Notes: a model not told the origin generated them from the sequence alone. A DNA stretch of 24,677 nt from a virus (IMGVR_UViG_3300008255_001700:1-24677), one strand, 5' to 3'. Positions 16,860 to 24,540 are shown, counted from the stretch's first letter. A program made the numbers and translations.

Positions 16860-16936
16860 TACTTTTTTTTCTTTGGCCTTTTAGCAGCTCTTAACATTGA
16901 GTACGCTGGTTTTTTAACATTTTTCTTTTTAGGCAT
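16859..16936 (-). CDS. 25-aa highly basic peptide MPKKKNVKKPAYSMLRAAKRPKKKK
   Basis: Manual translation; ATG just after the SLT stop with AGGAAGG upstream; 12/25 K/R, no acidic residues. Confidence 0.65.
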   Translation of the reverse strand: MPKKKNVKKPAYSMLRAAKRPKKKK

Positions 16937-16938
16937 AA

Positions 16939-17586
16939 CTACCTTCCTATTAAATCTAATACTTCCTGTGCCCTATTTGGAGAACCCTTATACCTCGTTA
17001 AAGCTGAGGCTGTAGCATCCTGAGTGTTACCACTATCTACTTGTCTTTGAATCAAGTCATTAAGCATTGCTGCTGCTGCTGGAATTGCCTGTTCTTGATT
17101 AAGAGGATTAAACTCTTGATTAACAATCCCTCTATCATATAGATCTTGAGCAGTACTTGGTAAAAACTGCGCAATGCCTTGAGCTGTCTCTCCAGTAGTA
17201 ACTGCTGGCATATAACCCTGAGCATTAGGATTAAAACTACTTTCAGTTCCCAATAAAACTGATAATAATAACTCATCAACCCAACTAATAGATTTATCAG
17301 TCATTTGATTATTAGTAACAGCATTAGTAATTGTTGGACGTAAATCTTGAGGAGTAGCTGGAACAGATGCTCTACCTGGAAGTTGACCACCCTCGAAAAA
17401 CTGTGGAACTCTCGGTTCTGGAGTTGGTGGAGCAGAAGGAATAACCCCCTGTCTACCAAACATAGTATCATCTAATTGTTGTGACTTTGGAATGGGTGAT
17501 ATCAGCTCTCTTGGTTGTCCAATATTTCTAACCTTACCCATAACATTCTGTAATAGTTCTTGAATACCACCTAAATAATTAGACAC
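16939..17586 (-). CDS. Lytic transglycosylase (SLT domain) protein, probably virion-associated
   Basis: TESSFNPNA (catalytic Glu), AQGIAQFLPSTA, NPLNQEQAIPAAA, ALTRY; Pro-rich N-terminal linker. Confidence 0.9.
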   Translation of the reverse strand: MSNYLGGIQELLQNVMGKVRNIGQPRELISPIPKSQQLDDTMFGRQGVIPSAPPTPEPRVPQFFEGGQLPGRASVPATPQDLRPTITNAVTNNQMTDKSISWVDELLLSVLLGTESSFNPNAQGYMPAVTTGETAQGIAQFLPSTAQDLYDRGIVNQEFNPLNQEQAIPAAAAMLNDLIQRQVDSGNTQDATASALTRYKGSPNRAQEVLDLIGR

Positions 17587-17884
17587 TTTTTCTTTCCCTT
17601 TTTTCTAACTCAAACTCAGCGTTTTTAAAAAGTGCATGAACTAAAACAACCATATTTATTCTACCTCTATAGAAGTTACCCTTAGAAGTTATCTCAAGGG
17701 CAGTATTATTATCCTTAATATCTCTAAACAGTCCAACTGACTTTTCTTTATCAAACGTAATGATATGGTTGAATAAACTAACCAAATCTTTAAAAGATTC
17801 ATCTCCTCTAAATTTATGTAGGACACTTAATTGTTGTACATCTAATGATTCAAGTAGTTTTGTAGCTTCAGTGTTTTTAACCAT
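17579..17884 (-). CDS. Hypothetical protein downstream of the portal
   Basis: Coupled to portal and SLT genes; ...FYRGRI.. helical motif typical of small post-portal genes. Confidence 0.7.
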   Translation of the reverse strand: MVKNTEATKLLESLDVQQLSVLHKFRGDESFKDLVSLFNHIITFDKEKSVGLFRDIKDNNTALEITSKGNFYRGRINMVVLVHALFKNAEFELEKRERKSV

Positions 17885-20087
17885 TTCCTAAAACCCTTCC
17901 TTCTGGTACTTGACCACCACCCTGCATAAGTCCTGGAACTACCTCACCACCACCCTGAGCCATCTGCTGTTGTCCTCCTGGTTGCTCTTGTACTCCAGTA
18001 CCACCTCTTTGATTGATAGCTTCAATCTCACCTGTAACGTGTTGAGCTAGAGCATCATACTGCTCTTGAGGTGCTGACTTCATCTGATCAGATCTTAAAA
18101 ACTCTATGTGAATCTGGGTATGAGCTGGAGGAGCATATGGAGTTCCAACTGGAGGAATTGGTTTACCTTGAAGAACCATCTCATTTTCTTGAGAAGCAAG
18201 ATCAACTGCTAAAGCTATTCTGTTTCCCTCAATGTTTTGTTCCTCTACCGCTTCCTGACGTTTAAGATCCTCTGGATTAAGTTCTGCTGGTATGATTAAT
18301 AACTCATCAACTAATTTTTCTGGGTCGTAGTTTGTTAATCCCTCTTCAGCATATTTAATAACTCTATCAAATGTTTCTGCCATTCTTTGTTGCATGAGTG
18401 GTTTACTCACTGGCAAACTTGGTCCTGCCTCAAATCTAATATCATACCCCTCAGAAGCAAGTGGCACAAAGAACTCTGGTCTAGCTTCAAAGAAATGAAA
18501 TCCTGGTTCTTTCTTTTTCTGAATTCCACCTCGCTCGTCAAATACAAGTTTCTTGCCTTCCATTGTAATTTGTCGATATTGTTTCTTAAAAGCATCTCCG
18601 CCTTGAATCTCAAGAAGTCCTTGGCTTGAAAGTCTGGCTATCTCACGTTTAAACTCAGTAGTACCTTTTTCTCCAACGATTCGTTCCATTTTAGGTTGTG
18701 GGTAGAATTGCAGGATGTTGCTAACTCTTTGTCTGCCAATATCAACTAAGAATCGTTTCTCAAAATTTCGCATCTTCATTCTGATACGTTTGAGGGTTGA
18801 TTCTTTTAGGATTGCAGCCTCAGTAGCAGTACTTGGAGCTTTTTGTACTGACTGGAATCTATCATCAACTCCAGTAACCCCAATCTTATCTTCGTTAATA
18901 GCTCTCATTGTTCTCTCAACAGAAAGTGGTACATCACCATACTCAATAGCTCTCACATCTCCTGGATTTTCAGCTTCAATTAGACCATGAGGTCTAGCAA
19001 TTAAATCTTCTTCATCCAGATTGTTGTTAAGTCCAGTAATAAATGTTTTATCAATATCAAGGTGATGGCGGTCCATCAACATTCTTCTAAGACGGTTAGA
19101 CTCATCCTGAATACTCTCAAGTAATTCTGGCTCACTCTTGCCATAAAATTTACCAAGTCTTTCCACGTCAATAGCTTTTGAAAAAGGAAGCTGTTTATGT
19201 TTAAAGATGTTTGGTCCCATACGAACCACTACATCATTAATAACAATCACCAATAGATCTTCAGGAGAACGTGACCAATACCACAAAACCTCAACTTCTT
19301 CTGACTTATCTATTCCCTCAGGTGGTTTATAGTACTGATAGTAGTTAGTATCTCCACCTGGCTTAACAAATCTAAAGTTATTAAGATGATCCCAAGTAGG
19401 ATCTCCTTTAAAGAAGTTTTTAGCATCACGATAGTTCATGATGTAACGTCTGATACAATCTCTTGCTTTTTTAACTCCCCTGTTGAAATCAGTAGCAGAT
19501 TCATCAACTAAAACATCTCTTGGATCTACCCACTCCATCATCACATCGTCATACTCGACTATCTCTCGTTCATCTCCCATGAAATCACGCTGCTTACGTT
19601 TGTTCTTTTTGTCTAACAACCCAACAATATCTCTAACCATTCTTTTGTCTCTCAAGTAATATTCTTGAGCAATAGCAGTACCATGAATTAGAGTACCCCT
19701 CATAATTTTCATCATTTCATCGTCACCATTAGCCACATCCCAAGAATACTCAAAGATTGCTTGCATGACTCTGGTTCGGTGAAGATCTTCTGCACCTCTT
19801 GGTAAAATGAGGGGTCTAGGGAGTTGTTCTATCTCATCAGCCAGAATAGACTCAACAATAGAAGTAGTAAGTGGCACATAGTAATCAGATTGCCATTCCC
19901 ATTCCTCTTTTTCTTTTCTATATTGTTCCCACTGTTTCTCTCCAGCTTCCCAGACTTTAAGTGCACGTTGTCTCTCAGGCGCATCCTCCATCTGTTGCTT
20001 TCTCTGGTACACCCACTTACGCATCTCCTGTTCTCTGTCAGATGGTTTATAGTGGGTATTGATTTTAGGAATGTGTAGTTCAGGCAT
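17877..20087 (-). CDS. Portal protein (P22-like, long)
   Basis: Follows terL; HGTAIA, VDPRDVLVD..A, LPF...FYGKS..ELLESIQ, TGV...TATEA motifs, Q/G-rich C-terminus. Start probably MPELH (20087). Confidence 0.9.
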   Translation of the reverse strand: MPELHIPKINTHYKPSDREQEMRKWVYQRKQQMEDAPERQRALKVWEAGEKQWEQYRKEKEEWEWQSDYYVPLTTSIVESILADEIEQLPRPLILPRGAEDLHRTRVMQAIFEYSWDVANGDDEMMKIMRGTLIHGTAIAQEYYLRDKRMVRDIVGLLDKKNKRKQRDFMGDEREIVEYDDVMMEWVDPRDVLVDESATDFNRGVKKARDCIRRYIMNYRDAKNFFKGDPTWDHLNNFRFVKPGGDTNYYQYYKPPEGIDKSEEVEVLWYWSRSPEDLLVIVINDVVVRMGPNIFKHKQLPFSKAIDVERLGKFYGKSEPELLESIQDESNRLRRMLMDRHHLDIDKTFITGLNNNLDEEDLIARPHGLIEAENPGDVRAIEYGDVPLSVERTMRAINEDKIGVTGVDDRFQSVQKAPSTATEAAILKESTLKRIRMKMRNFEKRFLVDIGRQRVSNILQFYPQPKMERIVGEKGTTEFKREIARLSSQGLLEIQGGDAFKKQYRQITMEGKKLVFDERGGIQKKKEPGFHFFEARPEFFVPLASEGYDIRFEAGPSLPVSKPLMQQRMAETFDRVIKYAEEGLTNYDPEKLVDELLIIPAELNPEDLKRQEAVEEQNIEGNRIALAVDLASQENEMVLQGKPIPPVGTPYAPPAHTQIHIEFLRSDQMKSAPQEQYDALAQHVTGEIEAINQRGGTGVQEQPGGQQQMAQGGGEVVPGLMQGGGQVPEGRVLGNG

Positions 20088-21576
20088 ATAAATACTTTTT
20101 CTTACGTTTCGATCTCTCTCCCTTTCTTCGTTTAGGAGCATATATTGGTATATCAAGTCCGTAAGCTAGTGCATCAATCACGTCATCATTCTTACCTCTG
20201 GGAAATCTTAGTAACTCATCTTCAAGATATTGAATGTTTTCAATCTCTTTATTATGTAGGATCTTCCCGTTGGCATACAAGGGCTGTAGACCCCTGATTC
20301 TCTGGTCTTTATTTCTACCACCAGGTCTTAGTGGTTTTAGCGGTAGATAGACGTTTCTTTTGTGCATCTCCTCAGTTAAACTATATTGCAAACTGACCTG
20401 AAAAGCAACATCTTCTATTCCGATATAAATCGGATGATATATATTATACAGATCAAAGATAATATTTATCATTTCATCAGGCTTCATACGCTTTCTAACA
20501 ATATCTAAAATATAGATACAATTAAACTCATCTACACCTACAGTTATAATTGCAGTAAAGTCAGCAGTACTAGCGGTACTGATAGCTGGATCAATCATAA
20601 TGAATTTATTAATCAATCTACCCTTAACCTCAGTCTTATCATAGTATTTAAACCACTCCTGCTTGAAGTCAGCATCGTCCATAGCAATGGGATTATTCAT
20701 GTACTGCGAGCTAAAGAAATAGGGACCAAGAACTTCATAGAGTCTTTGAAGATGTTTCTTGTTATGTTTGTCAGGGAAAAGCAACACTGGATCATTTGGA
20801 TCGTCTGAAAAAAGATTACCCTCATAAGCCTGTCTAATAAATATTTTAAAATCCTGAAAGACGTTATTATCTTTATCCATGATCCAACCATATAAATCAG
20901 AGTCATGCCAACGAGTACCAATGATAATTACCTCTCCATCAGGTTCGAGTAAGTTAAGACACTCTTTATAAAAATTAATCGTTTTCTGAATCTGATCCAT
21001 TGTATTGACAGTCTTATCATTAACCAAGTCATCCATAATAATCATGTCATAGTGCTGCGAGGTTAAAGAACTATCTACTCCCATAGCAGTTACAGTCGGT
21101 TCTTTCTTAGATCCCACCACTCCAGACTTAGAAAGCATGATCTGACTCTCACTCCACTTCTCAGCATCTTTGCTTAAATCTCCCCAAAACATATGCACCT
21201 TCTCATTGAATTTAAGATGTCGTTTTACCTCAGTAAGAAATGAACAAGCGTTAGAGTAGTTGGCGTTAGCAATCAAAATACGAATACTGGGGTCTTTAAC
21301 GATTGCCTGAACACATCTACTAACGGTAACTACAGTAGACTTTAAATGAGCACGAGGAATAAGAAGTAGCTTCTTTTTCTTTTTATCCTTGTCAATAAAC
21401 CCACATATCTCTTTGTGAACTGGAGCTAGTGGCACATTCCCCTTACCCTTCTCAACTCCCATAACGTGACGATTGAATTTAAAAAGATCGTTTTCAAGTA
21501 TATTTCTAGCTATAGGAAGGTTAGTCTGATACTCCTCAGCAATCTTATTTTTAAGCTCCTCTACATCTATGTTCAT
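20080..21576 (-). CDS. terL: Terminase large subunit
   Basis: Walker A variant PRAHLKST, Walker B IIMDD, coupling motif GTRWH, RNase H-like nuclease IDPA and FPRGKNDDVIDA. Confidence 0.96.
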   Translation of the reverse strand: MNIDVEELKNKIAEEYQTNLPIARNILENDLFKFNRHVMGVEKGKGNVPLAPVHKEICGFIDKDKKKKKLLLIPRAHLKSTVVTVSRCVQAIVKDPSIRILIANANYSNACSFLTEVKRHLKFNEKVHMFWGDLSKDAEKWSESQIMLSKSGVVGSKKEPTVTAMGVDSSLTSQHYDMIIMDDLVNDKTVNTMDQIQKTINFYKECLNLLEPDGEVIIIGTRWHDSDLYGWIMDKDNNVFQDFKIFIRQAYEGNLFSDDPNDPVLLFPDKHNKKHLQRLYEVLGPYFFSSQYMNNPIAMDDADFKQEWFKYYDKTEVKGRLINKFIMIDPAISTASTADFTAIITVGVDEFNCIYILDIVRKRMKPDEMINIIFDLYNIYHPIYIGIEDVAFQVSLQYSLTEEMHKRNVYLPLKPLRPGGRNKDQRIRGLQPLYANGKILHNKEIENIQYLEDELLRFPRGKNDDVIDALAYGLDIPIYAPKRRKGERSKRKKKYLYA

Positions 21577-22022
21577 AACACAAATCCCCTACTCTCGAGA
21601 GATTTCTTCTTGGAAACATAATATGTGTCTGATGTATCAAGTACCTGAGACAAAAGTCCTACAACTGCGTTAAAATCTATCTCTGGTTCACCACTAGGTT
21701 TAAAAGCCCTAGCATACTTCTTCCCATCTGGATCAGTAACCCTAACTACCACCCCACTTTTGTTAAACTCACTGTGAGCTTTAAATCCATGCTCAACATC
21801 AAGTTCACTTAGTCCCTCATTAATCATTCCTGAGAGAACCTCGTGATACCTCTGACGAGTAAACTTTCTTCTCTTATCTAGTAAATTAAGATTCTCGTGA
21901 TCTTTACCTCGTTGCTTTTGATCCCACTCGTTCATGAAATACTGAGTCCACTTGACTCCTTCTTTCTCGTTCTCGTGTCCAATCGCTTCCAGTACCTCTG
22001 TTGTATTAGTAGTTTTACTCAT
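21573..22022 (-). CDS. Hypothetical protein, coupled to terL
   Basis: Start reassigned to MSKTT (22022) behind SD GAGGAG; ATGA overlap with terL. Confidence 0.75.
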   Translation of the reverse strand: MSKTTNTTEVLEAIGHENEKEGVKWTQYFMNEWDQKQRGKDHENLNLLDKRRKFTRQRYHEVLSGMINEGLSELDVEHGFKAHSEFNKSGVVVRVTDPDGKKYARAFKPSGEPEIDFNAVVGLLSQVLDTSDTYYVSKKKSLESRGFVL

Positions 22023-22045
22023 AGTGTCTCTCCTCATATCCTTTA

Positions 22046-22076
22046 AGTATAGCATATTGTATTTTGGTACTTGCAA
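22046..22076 (-). promoter_or_regulatory. Extended -10 promoter TGcTATACT for the terL-portal operon
   Basis: TATACT 22051-22046 with TG at 22054-22053; TTGCAA 19 nt upstream; GAGACACT 15 nt downstream. Confidence 0.65.
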
Positions 22077-22105
22077 AGTTATTGTAAATGTAGTTTAGTA
22101 GTAAT

Positions 22106-22211
22106 TGAGAAAACAACTAGTAAAGTAATGTTTATCCCTTTAGTTGAGGGTGGTTCTATCTAATTTACTTTATTAGGTTTTCTCACCCACCTTCAACTAA
22201 GGGGATTTTTT
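22106..22211 (+). ncRNA. Switch-like leader / C4-like RNA upstream of ORF 22212
   Basis: 20-bp stem 22134-22153 / 22187-22206 (2 G-U on the + strand) followed by a T-run; loop 22165-22185 is complementary to 22106-22128. Confidence 0.55.
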
Positions 22212-22418
22212 ATGACTATAGATCTGGAAACAAAACTAGCCGAGTTAAGAATTGAGTGGGTACAAAATCCTGAAAGACGTGATACTATTGAAGAACAGGT
22301 AAAGATAGCTATGATGAGCAAGAATGCACCAACCCACATTGACCAAGACACATATAAATCACATGAATCCGTTGAGGAATTTATGTCATCAGTACAGGAA
22401 GCGTTACTAAATAAGTAG
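22212..22418 (+). CDS. Small hypothetical protein
   Basis: 68-aa ORF with AAGGGG SD inside the hairpin arm. Confidence 0.65.
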   Translation: MTIDLETKLAELRIEWVQNPERRDTIEEQVKIAMMSKNAPTHIDQDTYKSHESVEEFMSSVQEALLNK

Positions 22419-22427
22419 CGTTTTTTT

Positions 22428-22616
22428 ATGCAAGTTATAAATACAAGCCAGTCACATCCTCAACATCATAGAAGAATTAAGATACTATCAAAGTTAAAAG
22501 TTCTTTGGCGTACATCTCCAAAAGATATGAAAAAAATAAACGAGTTACAAAAAGAACTCAACCAATTAAAGAAATCCGTAAATATAAAACCTAAAACGAA
22601 AGGTCAATACGGATGA
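22428..22616 (+). CDS. Small basic hypothetical protein
   Basis: 62-aa ORF 9 nt after the previous stop, with a short coiled coil. Confidence 0.55.
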   Translation: MQVINTSQSHPQHHRRIKILSKLKVLWRTSPKDMKKINELQKELNQLKKSVNIKPKTKGQYG

Positions 22617-22621
22617 TTATT

Positions 22622-22965
22622 CCGACTGGGAGTTAAATCATAGCGGTCGGTCCACAGAAAAGGCTATGAACTAAAAACCTGACGCGATCGGGACGGAAAT
22701 CCTGATAAACATACTGATAAGTTTTTAGACAACAAGAGGGGGAAAGAAGGAGAGTCACCTTTAAGATAGTAAATGAGGCCTCTCTCACCTGGTGGGTGCA
22801 CGGATAGAAATATCTGTTCTTCTGTAAGGTCGCTTAGATCTAAGTTACTAAAAGGACTTAGGGAGCGTAATGCAACTATCTACTGATGAGGGAGATAACA
22901 TCCCACTAATCATCTTTTAATTTATATAATTCTTCACACACTGGGGGGAGACTTTCCCGTACCAG
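22622..22965 (+). ncRNA. Candidate large structured RNA of unknown class
   Basis: Tract without ORFs in the track, with many nested helices whose G-U pairs favour the + strand, a GAAA tetraloop and a possible H-type pseudoknot. Confidence 0.45.
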
Positions 22966-23123
22966 AAACTCCTGATAAAGTTAGTAATCGTTGAACCAAT
23001 ACTATAGGACTACCTTAATTTACAAAAATATATTGCGGATTGGTTTGGGGGTCAACCACTAAATAAAAAAAAGGTTTAGGGGTGTACCCCCCCCTCTCGA
23101 GGTACCAGGCTAGATAGATAGTT

Positions 23124-23151
23124 ATGTCGCACAATATGCACTTTGCGACAC
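23124..23151. other. dif-like tyrosine-recombinase site (11-6-11)
   Basis: ATGTCGCACAA-TATGCA-CTTTGCGACAC; arms share inverted TGTCGCA; left arm resembles the XerC arm GGTGCGCATAA. Confidence 0.5.
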
Positions 23152-23225
23152 AAAACACACTAAAATACAAACAATATACTATAAAATACCAGACGGGGAG
23201 CTATTGTATTGGGGTAAAATGGGCT

Positions 23226-23747
23226 TTAGTTGTTATCTGTGACTACACCATCGAAGAATGATTGTAACTCTTTCCTACGTTCTAACAGTTCAACAGGTGT
23301 TTTGTTCTCGAGGTGTAGATGCTGATGATAGGTGTTATTTAGTCTACCAACCTTATCTTCACCAATACGCTTCATAATAGCCTCAATACCCAGTAAATGA
23401 GAGTTAATATCCTTTGGGGACACTTCTACATCTTTAAAGCCGTTTTTGGGTAGTTTAATGCCGTTACGAGATTGGTTTAAACCTTTGTCAACGAGTTCTT
23501 TTCTAGTCTCTAGCACATACTTATAATTTATGCCAGTATCTTCTAGTGCAGTAATAATCTCAGCTTGAACGTCTGGTCTTTTTAGTAACTGATTACCTCT
23601 CACTTTGGCACTATCAGGTTTATAGTTAGGATTAGCAATTAACGCTGCTTCTTTAGCATTTCCATTCTTCGCAACATAAGCACGGGCAAACTTCTTAATA
23701 TTAATCTTATCTCTCACTTTTTTGATGTCTTTATTTAATTTTGGCAC
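23226..23747 (-). CDS. terS: Terminase small subunit
   Basis: FARAYVAKNGNAKEAALIA...Y...SAKVRGNQLLKRPDVQAEI HTH signature; upstream of terL. Confidence 0.9.
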   Translation of the reverse strand: MPKLNKDIKKVRDKINIKKFARAYVAKNGNAKEAALIANPNYKPDSAKVRGNQLLKRPDVQAEIITALEDTGINYKYVLETRKELVDKGLNQSRNGIKLPKNGFKDVEVSPKDINSHLLGIEAIMKRIGEDKVGRLNNTYHQHLHLENKTPVELLERRKELQSFFDGVVTDNN

Positions 23748-23753
23748 ATATTT

Positions 23754-23762
23754 AGTATACCA
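23754..23762 (-). promoter_or_regulatory. Extended -10 promoter TGgTATACT, leaderless to terS GTG
   Basis: TGGTATACT-N6-GTG(23747); no SD. Confidence 0.65.
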
Positions 23763-23790
23763 TAAAAACGCTACTCGATATAACTGATCG

Positions 23791-23819
23791 TTGACAACTA
23801 TACTATACTATGCTAGACT
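23791..23819 (+). promoter_or_regulatory. Divergent promoter TTGACA-N17-TAGACT with extended TG
   Basis: TTGACA 23791-23796, TG 23811-23812, TAGACT 23814-23819. Confidence 0.75.
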
Positions 23820-23887
23820 ATAATTATATACAAAGTAAAGATAGCTAAACCCAGTTACGACTGAGCGAAGCGAGGAAGTGAGACACC

Positions 23888-24049
23888 ATGAAACAACCAA
23901 ACTTTCAAAGTCTTATAGAGGACTTACAACAATTTGAAACAGAAGATAGAGAAGCTATCCAAGATTTAGAGATGTTTAATGATTGGGACAATGTACAGGA
24001 GTCAAAGACAATAGAATCAGTATTAAGTATTTATAACATAGGGGAATAA
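23888..24049 (+). CDS. 53-aa acidic hypothetical protein
   Basis: Manual translation MKQPNFQSLIEDLQQFETEDREAIQDLEMFNDWDNVQESKTIESVLSIYNIGE; GAGGAAG upstream; first ORF after the promoter. Confidence 0.65.
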   Translation: MKQPNFQSLIEDLQQFETEDREAIQDLEMFNDWDNVQESKTIESVLSIYNIGE

Positions 24050-24053
24050 CATA

Positions 24054-24251
24054 ATGACATATCAAGTATTTACACGTACATGGTGGAAGAGAAACCCAAG
24101 ATATCCAAACGGGCTAGAGCCAAGCATGGGAAGAAAATATACTATTGGACAAGTTGCAACCGAGGAGGAAGCTAGAGAGATGTGCAAGGAATACAACACC
24201 GCGCATGAGGCTGGAGAATTATCAAGAAAAGCAGAATATCAGGAGATTTAA
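24054..24251 (+). CDS. Small hypothetical phage protein
   Basis: SD GGGG; protein-like sequence YQVFTRTWWKRNP.YPNGLEP...TEEEAREMC..YN...LSRKAE. Confidence 0.8.
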   Translation: MTYQVFTRTWWKRNPRYPNGLEPSMGRKYTIGQVATEEEAREMCKEYNTAHEAGELSRKAEYQEI

Positions 24252-24252
24252 T

Positions 24253-24540
24253 ATGACAGAAGTACAATTTAATCTGAAACCAGGACAGGAAACAAACGAA
24301 GCAACATACTATTATTTCTTGGAAGTGTTGCCACCGATTTATCACAAGGGAAATAGATTCCAAGTTAGTGAAGCCATAAGCCATAATAATGAGGGTTTCG
24401 CAATGTATGACACTTACAACCGAATAGATCAAAAATATATCTATGAGGGCGTAATGACCAAGAAACAAGCAAAAGAGTACCAGGATTGGCAAGAAGCAAG
24501 AGAAAAATATACTAAGCATCATTACAGAAAGACACAATAA
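24253..24540 (+). CDS. DUF1419-like hypothetical protein
   Basis: Start reassigned to MTEVQ (24253) behind AGGAG; E..EATYYYFLEVLPP....F.VSE resembles DUF1419 (from memory). Confidence 0.65.
   Translation: MTEVQFNLKPGQETNEATYYYFLEVLPPIYHKGNRFQVSEAISHNNEGFAMYDTYNRIDQKYIYEGVMTKKQAKEYQDWQEAREKYTKHHYRKTQ

Noticed and set aside
22883-22915. Hammerhead ribozyme (CTGATGAG)
   Set aside because: The following stem is not followed by the required GAAA, and stems I/III could not be built.
24145-24252. N-terminal extension of the 131-aa ORF
   Set aside because: Overlaps the 65-aa gene; a better start with AGGAG SD is at 24253.
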